Source: Candidatus Omnitrophota bacterium (GTDB lineage Bacteria > Omnitrophota > Gorgyraeia > JAHIPI01). Taken from it: 64,000 bases of DNA. Both the position numbers and the translations under genes were made by a program. The stretch spans positions 1,178-65,177 of the forward strand of contig JADHVZ010000005.1 in the NCBI GenBank assembly GCA_016783745.1, written 5' to 3'. Position 1 is the stretch's first letter. Each line of letters starts with the position of its first letter. Shown piece by piece: positions 1-8,625 of the stretch. The notes beneath the pieces were generated by a model. The model saw only the letters and a list, made by a program, of their open reading frames with translations, ran no database searches and had not been told where the DNA came from.

Positions 1-290
1 TCTGACCAGCTTCCTGCGGAATAAACCGAGTATTTAGCAAATACCCAGGCCGCATCCCAGTTTGCGGTAACGCTGGGAGCCCCGGTGATAAACCAGGAAT
101 TATCCCAGGCGACATCAAACTGGAGATCATAGGTATCATTGGTGGTATCCTGGTTTACCAGTGAGATATTCTCCACCACGATATTGTTGGCAAAGGATAT
201 CCCTGGTAACACCATTAAAAACCCCACCACCAAACCAATGTACGCCCCCTGGGCGTACATCCTCTTTTGTCTTCTATTCCTTGTCTGCAC
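1..290 (-). CDS. Secreted protein N-terminus resembling SUMF1/FGE-sulfatase-domain proteins; runs off the left edge of the window
   Basis: Manual translation (not in ORF track): GTG at 290 after AGGAGG; MQTRNRRQKRMYAQGAYIGLVVGFLMVLPGISFA-NNIVVENISLVNQDTTNDTYDLQFDVAWDNSWFITGAPSVTANWDAAWVFAKYS. Signal peptide plus the FDxxWxNSW...NWDAAWVFxK motif I associate with this family. Confidence 0.6.
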   Translation of the reverse strand, partial: MQTRNRRQKRMYAQGAYIGLVVGFLMVLPGISFANNIVVENISLVNQDTTNDTYDLQFDVAWDNSWFITGAPSVTANWDAAWVFAKYSVYSAGSWS

Positions 291-405
291 TGTCTGCCTC
301 CTTCTCCTGTCTATTGAGTTTCAAAATTCGTTCTATCTTGCTATATTCTACCTACTTCCAAACCCGCATTGGAGGTAAGTTCAGCAATCCTCCTTATCTT
401 ACCTT

Positions 406-1182
406 CTACGGTGCTGGGGTAAAATTCAACGAGGCCACTCCATAATAGTTAGTTCCGTCATAGTAGAAGCCGACAATATCTATGGCACTGACATCTGTGG
501 TCAGGGTCGGTGCTGTGCCTCCTGACCACTTTATTGTTGAGCCAGTAGGCCATGTTAAACTGTGGCCCCCTGTTGCATCCTGAACTATCTTTAATACCAG
601 ATTGCAGGCGTCATGCGGCGCGGTGAATGTTAAGGTACAATTGGTATTCAGGGTTATCTCCTGTTTATTGGAAGTGCCCCAATCAATCATCTCGGTGCTG
701 CCCGGGCTATCGTGGCCTACTTCTTCAAACACAATCCCGCCTTTGACAATCAGCGCATCCTCGGAGGCATCCCAGAGCAAGTATTTGCCGCTACCTGAGC
801 CGTAGAATTTTACGTCGTAGCCGGCGCCGTCGATGCCTGCGGTGATTGCGCCCTGGACGTCTAATTTGGTCTGTGGACTCGTCGTCCCGATGCCCACTGA
901 GCCATCAATAATGAGGTTTTCTGCAGTTGTGCATTCAACACCTGCTGAGTCAAGCCTTAGGCCTCCTTTGAGGATCATATTTCCATCTGTATCGATATGG
1001 GCTATTTCATTGGTGGTGTTGTCCTGGAAAGAGAAGGCACTTGAGCCATCAGCAGAATCCATCACTGTCTCAGTATCGTCGGCAAAAACAGGACAGGTTA
1101 GCCCTAAGGTTAGCCCTAACATGAACAGCCAGAAAAATAACGCCCTTGAGCTGGCCATGCCCACAAAATTTGCCTTTTTCAT
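406..1182 (-). CDS. Secreted tail-fibre/adhesin-like protein
   Basis: Strong AGGAGG RBS and signal peptide. GSVGIGTTSPQTKLDVQG fibre-shaft motif. C-terminal IDW...QDATGGHSLTWP...KWSGGTAPTLT...DIVGFYYDGTNYYG domain typical of phage tail-fibre-like proteins. Confidence 0.65.
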   Translation of the reverse strand: MKKANFVGMASSRALFFWLFMLGLTLGLTCPVFADDTETVMDSADGSSAFSFQDNTTNEIAHIDTDGNMILKGGLRLDSAGVECTTAENLIIDGSVGIGTTSPQTKLDVQGAITAGIDGAGYDVKFYGSGSGKYLLWDASEDALIVKGGIVFEEVGHDSPGSTEMIDWGTSNKQEITLNTNCTLTFTAPHDACNLVLKIVQDATGGHSLTWPTGSTIKWSGGTAPTLTTDVSAIDIVGFYYDGTNYYGVASLNFTPAP

Positions 1183-1240
1183 TTTCTTCCTCCTGGTATA
1201 ATGTTCACCCTAGATATTTAGAGTGAACGGCTTAATGTTT

Positions 1241-1438
<198 letters not shown>

Positions 1439-1484
1439 TGTTGCTCCAATGTAATATCAGATTCCTGATTATTTCTGCATCTTT

Positions 1485-1514
1485 AGTCTATCATACCTTT
1501 TACCTTAGAGTCAA
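1485..1514 (-). promoter_or_regulatory. Putative sigma70 promoter of the leader/fibre operon
   Basis: TTGACT-18 nt-TAGACT with extended -10 TG. Confidence 0.55.
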
Positions 1515-1693
1515 AGAAAATCTGCAATTCTTCTCTAAGTGTTTTTCTCTAAGAGAAAAACACCAAGGTAAGGAAGAAGATCTGCGGTAACACGTTCTAA
1601 GTTAATTATTTTTATAGATTTTTTCTATAACGCCTTACCCTTATTGAAGGTGCTCAACACGTCTGACGTTTTACCTTTACTTTTTTTCATATA

Positions 1694-2365
1694 TTAATAC
1701 CCAAGTATTTTTTTTGAAAGGCTGTGTACTTCACTGTTGGCAAGTGCCGCTATTTTCTTTTTCACCCGTCTATAATAATATTCTCGTTCCGTTTTCGTCA
1801 TTTTTTCACCATTAAGCTTTTTAAAAAAAAGAGCTTTTTGCTTTGGAGAAAATATATGAGATAATGCAAATTCAAGAGAAAGTTGCTCATAGTTAGACTT
1901 TGTTTTTTCAGTGTTTGATTCTTCATATTGAAAATAATTTTTAAATACATCCTTAATATGTGCGGAATTAATTGTGTATTCCATAATCTTAAAATTATCG
2001 TCTTTTTTTAAATATTGTAAAAAATGATTTACTATTTCTTTGTTTTCATCAGACATTTTTTTATACATTTTATCAGCCCACCAAAATTTGAGATGGAAAT
2101 ATTTATACAAAGATATTGATAATATGATAAACTGCATTAATGTTCTTTTTTCATCTTCACTTTTGCAAATGTTAAGTAAAGCATTTACGTCGAAACCGGG
2201 ATGTTTTATTGCATTGGCTAAAATTACTGGAAAACCTTCCAAAAAACGCAAGTTGCCACTTTTGAGCGTTTGATAAATAGTCTCATTAACATCAATTCTT
2301 TTATCTGTTTCAAACAACGAAAATCCTAATGAACTAATATTTCTTAATAATTTTTCATTGTCCAT
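1694..2365 (-). CDS. Hypothetical protein, putative partner (antitoxin-like) of the upstream nucleotidyltransferase
   Basis: 223-aa AT-rich ORF overlapping the upstream gene end; basic helical C-terminus (FSPKQK...TKTEREYYYRRVKKK). Confidence 0.55.
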   Translation of the reverse strand: MDNEKLLRNISSLGFSLFETDKRIDVNETIYQTLKSGNLRFLEGFPVILANAIKHPGFDVNALLNICKSEDEKRTLMQFIILSISLYKYFHLKFWWADKMYKKMSDENKEIVNHFLQYLKKDDNFKIMEYTINSAHIKDVFKNYFQYEESNTEKTKSNYEQLSLEFALSHIFSPKQKALFFKKLNGEKMTKTEREYYYRRVKKKIAALANSEVHSLSKKILGY

Positions 2366-2944
2366 AAATATTTTCCTCCTCGACTTTTAATATAAAATAT
2401 CGAAATTGCTTATTTACTCTGTCCTCAGCAGGTTCATATGAAGCCGTTTCCTTAAAACGTTTTTTTAAACGGCTTAAATCAATTTCATGGGCTTTGACTC
2501 TAACAAGAGCCAGGCAATCCTCAAAATCTTGCGAAGCACCTCTAAATATTTTACTAATCATTAAATCATAATAGTTTAAAACTCCTAAATAAATATGAGA
2601 AAACTTTTTTAGGGTAATGTTATTTCCTTTATTAAGGGGGATTCTATCAATTTTGTTGTGTGTATACAGTTGTTTTGAAACAGATCAAATATAAAGATTT
2701 CATCTTTTCTTTTCCATCCGGATCCTGTAATTTGCACATATCCAAGATCCTGCAAGTTTTTAATTAAATAATTATAGTCGCTATTAATTGGAATCATAAA
2801 ATCTATATCTATTGTTGATTCCTTAATGTCGAGAAGTGTTAGTGCGGTTCCTCCGCATGCAATGAGATGTATCTTCTTGTGTAAAAATGTATTCCAATTA
2901 GTAAGTATTTTATTTAATTCAGATTTTGTTAGTCTATAATTCAT
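2355..2944 (-). pseudogene. DUF6036/AbiEii-like nucleotidyltransferase split by a 1-nt frameshift
   Basis: GGTAL...STIDIDF motif. Adding one base to the G5 run at 2636-2640 joins ORFs 2609..2944 and 2355..2561 into 196 aa (...ESPLNKGNNITLKKFSHIYLGVLNYYDLMISKIFRG...). Confidence 0.7.
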
Positions 2945-2958
2945 AACTGTTTACTGTA

Positions 2959-3001
2959 CGTTTTCGTACATATATATGTGCGTTTTCGTACATATATATG
3001 T
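2959..3001. repeat. Tandem direct repeat, 2 x CGTTTTCGTACATATATATGT (22-bp period)
   Basis: Copies at 2959-2979 and 2981-3001, each containing the palindrome ACATATATATGT. Confidence 0.9.
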
Positions 3002-3023
3002 ATATATCTATACATCTGAATGA

Positions 3024-3052
3024 AGTATACACTAAGACTGTTGGATTGTCAA
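3024..3052 (-). promoter_or_regulatory. Near-consensus sigma70 promoter for the nucleotidyltransferase operon
   Basis: TTGACA-17 nt-TATACT. Confidence 0.75.
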
Positions 3053-3091
3053 GTGGTAGTAGGTAATTACTTGACTTTATACTGACCCCTA

Positions 3092-3120
3092 TTAACAAAT
3101 CAGGTGTTTTAAGGTAGAAT
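3092..3120 (+). promoter_or_regulatory. Putative sigma70 promoter pointing at the att-like site
   Basis: TTAACA-17 nt-TAGAAT, followed by AAAGGAG (3135-3141) and ATG at 3151. Confidence 0.45.
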
Positions 3121-3230
3121 ATAGCTCTAGAAAGAAAGGAGCTATAGTCTATGAAAAAGCGTAACTACCTTAAAAATCAAATAGTTACGCGTAATTTATT
3201 GCTCTGTTTGGAGTTAGGGAAAGTGTGCCT

Positions 3231-3253
3231 GTTCAACTCCCCCTTCCGCACCA
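3231..3253 (+). mobile_element. tRNA 3'-end remnant (probably Leu-type), putative attR of an integrated element lying to the left
   Basis: GTTCAACTCCCCCTTCCGCACCA gives T-loop, 3' T-stem, acceptor strand and CCA, with no 5' half. AT-rich accessory DNA lies to the left and an inverted repeat GTAACTA...TAGTTAC at 3161-3188. Confidence 0.6.
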
Positions 3254-3267
3254 GTATCTAACGAAAT

Positions 3268-3657
3268 TTATATATAATCCCTTAATTGATCGTTACGTAG
3301 AGCGTCTATTATTTCCTCAATTTCTTTCAAGTATTCCAAAACCTGTTCGCGAAAAGGGCTCTCTGGATATAACTCAAGATTTATTTTAAATTCTACTATT
3401 GCGTTCATATAAGCTTTTGACTCAAAATAATACTCGCCTATTCTGAAGTGTGCTTCATCAGCATATTTAGAATCCGGATAGATAGATGCGATTGAAGTAA
3501 ATTTCATAAACGCAAAATTAGATCTCCCTTGCTTCATGTATTTTATAGCTTCTTTATAAAGTGTCCTAGCCGGGTCGCCACGGCCATCAGCTATGGCCGT
3601 ACATGCCAAGATTATAATGCTGGTAATAATTACTATGTGCTTTCGTCTTGTATTCAA
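3268..3657 (-). CDS. Secreted TPR protein (BamD/YfiO- or CpoB-like repeats)
   Basis: Signal peptide; YPDSKYADEAHFRIGEYYF and YPESPF motifs. Confidence 0.65.
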   Translation of the reverse strand: MNTRRKHIVIITSIIILACTAIADGRGDPARTLYKEAIKYMKQGRSNFAFMKFTSIASIYPDSKYADEAHFRIGEYYFESKAYMNAIVEFKINLELYPESPFREQVLEYLKEIEEIIDALRNDQLRDYI

Positions 3658-3873
3658 TTAAATATCCTCTAAGGGCATTGATGTTGTTCCCTTTACGGCG
3701 CGCTGCCTCCCTTTTTTATCATAGAATATTAAATAACCGTCAATAGCCCCGGCGCGCTCCTCTAAAAATAGATATGTCCGCTCTACTTCCATATCGCTGA
3801 TTATAGGCTGACTCGCAAAAGAAAGGTTAGCGATCGATAAGGCAGGAATCAAAGCTAAAAGTATTTTTTTCAT
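3658..3873 (-). CDS. Small hypothetical exported protein
   Basis: Signal-peptide-like N-terminus MKKILLALIPALSIANLSFA. Confidence 0.5.
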   Translation of the reverse strand: MKKILLALIPALSIANLSFASQPIISDMEVERTYLFLEERAGAIDGYLIFYDKKGRQRAVKGTTSMPLEDI

Positions 3874-3878
3874 CTTTC

Positions 3879-4412
3879 TCAGTCTCCAAAGATCTCTAAA
3901 TATTCTTTGTCAACAGCCTTGACTCCTTTTTTATGGAGTTCATACCAGTAAAAATCCCTCGATTTGTTATTTTTAATGGCCAGGGCGGTGTGCATGCTAT
4001 CGATATAGAGTATCGACCTCATCAATCCTATCAGCCGTCCGTACTTTTCAAAGTCATCTCCCGATAAAGAAAGAAGGAGGTTATGCAGCAATTTTCCAAG
4101 TGAGTCCATATCATCCAAAGATTCATTTTCGTTTTCTATGTTATATTTTGTCGTTATAGTGGGATCGGGAGGGTCAAAAATAACATTCTTAAAATCCCAG
4201 TATAATGCTTCTATAAGATCTTCTGTTATATCCTTTTCGGATAATTTCGCTATAGCTTCGGCGTCTTCCCATTTTCGCAGGCCTTCTTTTACCCCATCGG
4301 CCTCAAGCTCGACCAAAACTTTTACCGGATCCTCAAGATTTATCTCTCTCTTGTTCGCTTCCGCCACGTGCGGGATCATAAGCAAAAACGATATTACGAT
4401 AAGTGCTCTCAC
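3879..4412 (-). CDS. Hypothetical exported protein
   Basis: 177-aa ORF with signal peptide and AAGGAG RBS. Confidence 0.55.
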   Translation of the reverse strand: MRALIVISFLLMIPHVAEANKREINLEDPVKVLVELEADGVKEGLRKWEDAEAIAKLSEKDITEDLIEALYWDFKNVIFDPPDPTITTKYNIENENESLDDMDSLGKLLHNLLLSLSGDDFEKYGRLIGLMRSILYIDSMHTALAIKNNKSRDFYWYELHKKGVKAVDKEYLEIFGD

Positions 4413-4428
4413 TTAAAAAGCTCCTTGA

Positions 4429-6342
4429 TTACTTCCTGTGCTCATTCAGACTCTCCAGGAACGCGGAATGGATCTCGACCCCATGCTCAATTGCTTTGTC
4501 ACAATGGTAGACGGCGCGCTCGTAATCGCCAGTTTGATAGTATGCAAATGACAGATTATTATGCGCTTCGCCGAAATCAGGGTCTATCTCCAGCGCTTTA
4601 CGATATTCAGCTATAGCCTCCGCGCGCATTTCCTTTTTAGAATAAACATTGGCCAGATTATAATGAGCCTCGGCAAAATCCGGATTGATCTCAAGCGCTT
4701 TTTTATATACAGCGGTCGCTTCGTCAAGCAGGCCTTTTCTGCGATAGGCTATCCCCAGATCGTTATAGGCCTGGTCAAAATCAGGATCTAACTTAATAGC
4801 TTCCTTATATTTTTCTATAGCCTCATCCACGCGATCCTTCCGGTTATACACAAATCCCAGATTATAATGCGCGTAGACGTGATCAGGCTTTATTTCAATC
4901 GCATTTTTATATTCCGCTACGGCCTTATCAAGCTCGCCGCTTCTGGCATAGGCAAGCCCAAGATTATAATGCGCTGTAGGAAAATAATTTTTTGAGTTAA
5001 CCGGGAAATAATCAATATTGACAAACACTGAAAATGCGATAAGCGCCGCTACGTAAAAAGACAGGTCCTTGATCTTTCGGTGTTTCAACAGCTCCCCGAG
5101 ATCAAAAACAGCATAAGAAGCCGAGATAATAAGAAAAGGCGCGCACGGAAAACGATATCTCGCGGACACAAAATAAAGCAACAGTGACAGCATATAAGCT
5201 GCGATAAAAATTATGATCAAGCTTGCGCCCGGCGGCCGCCGCTTAACGGCTAACACAAGCCCCAGCATAGCAAAAGGGGCGATCATGCCGAATGAAAAAA
5301 ACGGTATTTTTAAAACCGGGATATACTTCCTGCAGAAATAGAAGTTAAGGTTTGAGGCGAGCTCCACATTGTTCCAGAATAAAAGAAATTTTCTTCCTAA
5401 GAGAATCAAGAAAAGGCGCGGATTGCCGCCAATAAAACGAAGGCTTTTAGAAAACCAGTAGCGTGAAGCCTCGGAAGAGGTTAGCATCTCTCCGGATTCA
5501 TCCCGGGCAAGCCTTATTGAGTCAGTGATCGAGACAACCGGCAGGTCGGATACACCGCGGACAGGAACGTAGGATCCTGTGGCGCCCGGTGAGTTTCCGA
5601 TATAAAAATTGAACCCTCCCTGAACGGAAAATGGCGAAAATCTTCCCTCTATCGCGTAATTTCTAAATGAGAACGGTGTCAGGATCAGGAGAATTCCCGC
5701 CGTGAAAATAACCGGACGCAGTACCTTCTTAAGGCCTTTTCTATCGAGCGACGCAAACCATACCGCCAGAAGTGGTATAAAAAGAAGCGTATTCGACGTA
5801 ATAAGCGTTGAAGTGGCGGCTATTATGCCGGAGACGAGCCATAAAAAAGGCCTATCCCTGTCTTTAGCGTTAAGTAGAGAAAAGACCAGCAGCAGATTTA
5901 CAAAAACCGAGATCGTGGCCCGCATCAAGAAAGCCGTATAAAAAATTGCCATTGAGTAACAGGCATAGGTAAGGGCCGCCAGCAACCCTATGCCCTTCTT
6001 CTTGAAGGCTCTCACACAGATCATGTATAGTAAAACGCAGCTCAGGGAATCAAGCACGGCCTGTACTATCCCGACGCTTATCAGGCTTCGTCCGGCAACG
6101 GCATATGTCAAGGCAAGAAAGATCGGATAAACCGGGTTCATATAAACGGACTCCTTGAAGGCAATATTGCCTCCAAGGATCTCAAGCGCGATCCTGTTAT
6201 AATGCTGTGAATCCGCGGAAAAGAAATAAAATAGCGGGGTCGACGCTATCTGCCCAAGATAGATAAATCTCAGTATAAGCGCGAGAAACACTATGACAGT
6301 CAATATGACCCAGTGCCTTTTTAATTTGATAGTGATGTTCAT
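4429..6342 (-). CDS. GT-C fold (PMT/ArnT-like) membrane glycosyltransferase with C-terminal TPR repeats
   Basis: Multi-TM N-terminus (D.xY, PVYPIFLA, GGFNFYIGN, RYRFP) plus several AHYNLG TPR units. Confidence 0.8.
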   Translation of the reverse strand: MNITIKLKRHWVILTVIVFLALILRFIYLGQIASTPLFYFFSADSQHYNRIALEILGGNIAFKESVYMNPVYPIFLALTYAVAGRSLISVGIVQAVLDSLSCVLLYMICVRAFKKKGIGLLAALTYACYSMAIFYTAFLMRATISVFVNLLLVFSLLNAKDRDRPFLWLVSGIIAATSTLITSNTLLFIPLLAVWFASLDRKGLKKVLRPVIFTAGILLILTPFSFRNYAIEGRFSPFSVQGGFNFYIGNSPGATGSYVPVRGVSDLPVVSITDSIRLARDESGEMLTSSEASRYWFSKSLRFIGGNPRLFLILLGRKFLLFWNNVELASNLNFYFCRKYIPVLKIPFFSFGMIAPFAMLGLVLAVKRRPPGASLIIIFIAAYMLSLLLYFVSARYRFPCAPFLIISASYAVFDLGELLKHRKIKDLSFYVAALIAFSVFVNIDYFPVNSKNYFPTAHYNLGLAYARSGELDKAVAEYKNAIEIKPDHVYAHYNLGFVYNRKDRVDEAIEKYKEAIKLDPDFDQAYNDLGIAYRRKGLLDEATAVYKKALEINPDFAEAHYNLANVYSKKEMRAEAIAEYRKALEIDPDFGEAHNNLSFAYYQTGDYERAVYHCDKAIEHGVEIHSAFLESLNEHRK

Positions 6343-7871
6343 CGCGGGCCTTCCGCAATAAGTTTCTCTGCTATGCTTCTGTCGTTCTGAAGGCGCGGTA
6401 CTTTATGCTGGCCGCCAAGCTTTCCCTCTGATTTCATCCAGTCGTAAAAAGCCCCTTTTCTCAGCTTGATGACTTCCGGAAGGCCGACACTGATATCTCT
6501 ACCTCTATGCGCGTCATAGTCCGCATTCCCCTCCCGTAAACGCTTGTCCAGATAACGTATGAATCCCTTCGCATCAGATGGCTCTCTGATAAACTCTATC
6601 AACCACTGATGACATGGCAACCTCGACAGATCTTTTCGAAAAAGAGGCGCTACGGTATAATCTTCTATTTTAGAGTCAGTCATTTTACACGCGTAAGATA
6701 TGGCATCATCGGCATCCTTCACTATAAGATGCTCGCCAAAGGCGCTCAAGAAATTTTTTATCCTGCCTGTTACTGTCAATCTGAGCGGATCAAGATCAAC
6801 AAACTTTACCGTGTCGCCAAGTACGTAGCTATACAATCCGCTGTTATTAGTTATTATGATGGCATAATTTTTATTCTTTTCGACTTCGGCAACCGTCAGA
6901 CGCGCGGGATGATCATTATTGATCTCCTCTTCCGGGACAAATTCATAAAAATTCTCATAATCAAGCATTAGAAGCATACCCGGGCCTTCTTTTTTATCCT
7001 GTATAGCCATAAATGCCTCCGAGGCCGGATATATCTCGAGATAATATACATCCTTACCGATGACCTCGCGCAAAAGCTCCCTGTAGGGTGAAAAACTTAC
7101 GCCTCCGTGCACCAGCAGCGAAAGATCAGGCCATACCTCCGCCACAGTCTTGACTCTATTGCCGCTTCTTTTTCCCGCCTCCTCAAGCAATTTACCAAAA
7201 AACACGATCAGCCAGGACGGCACACCGGACAGGCCCCGTATATCCTCATCCACATCTTTTTGCGCTATTTTGCTGATCTTCTCTTCCCAGTCAGGTATAT
7301 GCGCGATCTCTCTACCTGGTTCATAAATGGACTTGAACATCAAAGGTACGGCGCGGGATATTATGCCGCTTAAGTCGCCCGCAAAGGCGCCTTTCTTCAG
7401 CTGTTTTAAGGAGGTGCTTCCTCCTAAAAAAAGAAATTTTCCGTTTAAGATCCGGCGGTCACCGCTTTCGCTTAAATAAAAACTCAGGCAATCCAAAGCG
7501 GCTTTTTTACTGATGGCTATGGAATCTTTTGAGACAGGAATATATTTGTCTCCGGACGTCGTACCTGAGGTAAGAGCAAAATTCCATATCCTGCCCGGCC
7601 ACGTCACGTTAACTCCGCCTTTTATGGCCTTGGCTATCCACGTCCGCATATCTTCATATTGAAAAAGCGGTACGCGCTTACGGTAGGCATCTATTGATTT
7701 GATGGATTTGAAGCCGTATTCCCGCCCGAATTCCGTGTATCTGGCTTTATCCAGGATAGAAAAAAGCGCTTTTTCCTGAAGCCTTAACGGGCGAGAATAT
7801 GTATCTCTTATCTCTTTTACCCGTCTCCGGGCATGCCCGGTAAGGTAAAAGTTAACTATGTTTTTTAGCAT
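6339..7871 (-). CDS. GH3-family acyl-acid amido synthetase (auxin-responsive GH3-like)
   Basis: TSGTTSGDKYIP, YPASEAF, GLYSYVLGDTV and GGQHKVPRL motifs. Confidence 0.9.
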   Translation of the reverse strand: MLKNIVNFYLTGHARRRVKEIRDTYSRPLRLQEKALFSILDKARYTEFGREYGFKSIKSIDAYRKRVPLFQYEDMRTWIAKAIKGGVNVTWPGRIWNFALTSGTTSGDKYIPVSKDSIAISKKAALDCLSFYLSESGDRRILNGKFLFLGGSTSLKQLKKGAFAGDLSGIISRAVPLMFKSIYEPGREIAHIPDWEEKISKIAQKDVDEDIRGLSGVPSWLIVFFGKLLEEAGKRSGNRVKTVAEVWPDLSLLVHGGVSFSPYRELLREVIGKDVYYLEIYPASEAFMAIQDKKEGPGMLLMLDYENFYEFVPEEEINNDHPARLTVAEVEKNKNYAIIITNNSGLYSYVLGDTVKFVDLDPLRLTVTGRIKNFLSAFGEHLIVKDADDAISYACKMTDSKIEDYTVAPLFRKDLSRLPCHQWLIEFIREPSDAKGFIRYLDKRLREGNADYDAHRGRDISVGLPEVIKLRKGAFYDWMKSEGKLGGQHKVPRLQNDRSIAEKLIAEGPR

Positions 7872-8625
7872 TATCGCTATTTTTTAAAAAATCTGTCAAA
7901 TGCCTGTTAAATTCATCCGGCTTTTCTATCATCGGGGCGTGCCCGCAGCCGTTTATAAAAACAAGTTTTGAGTTTCTTATGTTTGCGTTGAATATGTGGG
8001 CCACTTCCGACGGGGTGATAATATCGTTCTTGCCCCAGATAAGCAGTGTATCACATGTAATAAGCGATAGCTGGCCGGAGAGGTTATATCTTTTGGCTGA
8101 TTTAGACATCCGAATGATCTTCAATTTTAACATCCTGGACTTAAGCTGATTGTAAGCGCTTTCTATCAGCCTGTCGCTCACAAAACTTTTATCATAAAAG
8201 ACCTCCCCTATTTTTCTGGTAAGATATTCCCTGGTAGGATGTATCTGGACATCATCCGCGTAACCCCTTTCAAACAGCCCGGAACTCCCGGTTAAAACAA
8301 GATTCCTGATAGGCTCTTTATGGTTTATCGCGTAATCTAAGGCTATATGGCCCCCGAGAGAATTTCCGATCAACGTCACGTCACGAAGCCTTTTCTGATC
8401 TATGAAACGCGCCAGAAACTCCGTCATCACTCTCACTGAACACAATTTAGGCTCAAGCTCCAGATAAGGCAACCCCAGAACGATCGTCCTGTACGATTTA
8501 GATAGAGTTTTTACAACCGGGGCCCAGTTTGATAATTCGCCGAACATGCCATGCAGCATTATGATCGGACTACCCGCGCCTTCTTCAATATAATCATATT
8601 TTGAGTCTAATGACATTAACCCCAC
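7852..8625 (-). CDS. Alpha/beta-fold hydrolase
   Basis: LHGMFG, GNSLGG nucleophile elbow, WGKND, CGHAPMIE. Confidence 0.9.
   Translation of the reverse strand: MGLMSLDSKYDYIEEGAGSPIIMLHGMFGELSNWAPVVKTLSKSYRTIVLGLPYLELEPKLCSVRVMTEFLARFIDQKRLRDVTLIGNSLGGHIALDYAINHKEPIRNLVLTGSSGLFERGYADDVQIHPTREYLTRKIGEVFYDKSFVSDRLIESAYNQLKSRMLKLKIIRMSKSAKRYNLSGQLSLITCDTLLIWGKNDIITPSEVAHIFNANIRNSKLVFINGCGHAPMIEKPDEFNRHLTDFLKNSDNAKKHS

Noticed and set aside
238-260. 10-bp inverted repeat ATGTACGCCC/GGGCGTACAT
   Set aside because: Lies inside the signal-peptide coding region with no U-tract; no supportable function.
3180-3253. Complete tRNA gene
   Set aside because: Only the 3' 23 nt look like tRNA; no D-arm, anticodon arm or 5' acceptor strand.
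3268-3873. Stop-codon read-through joining two in-frame ORFs (TAA directly followed by TTG)
   Set aside because: The second ORF has its own signal peptide and a GAGG RBS, so two genes is simpler.
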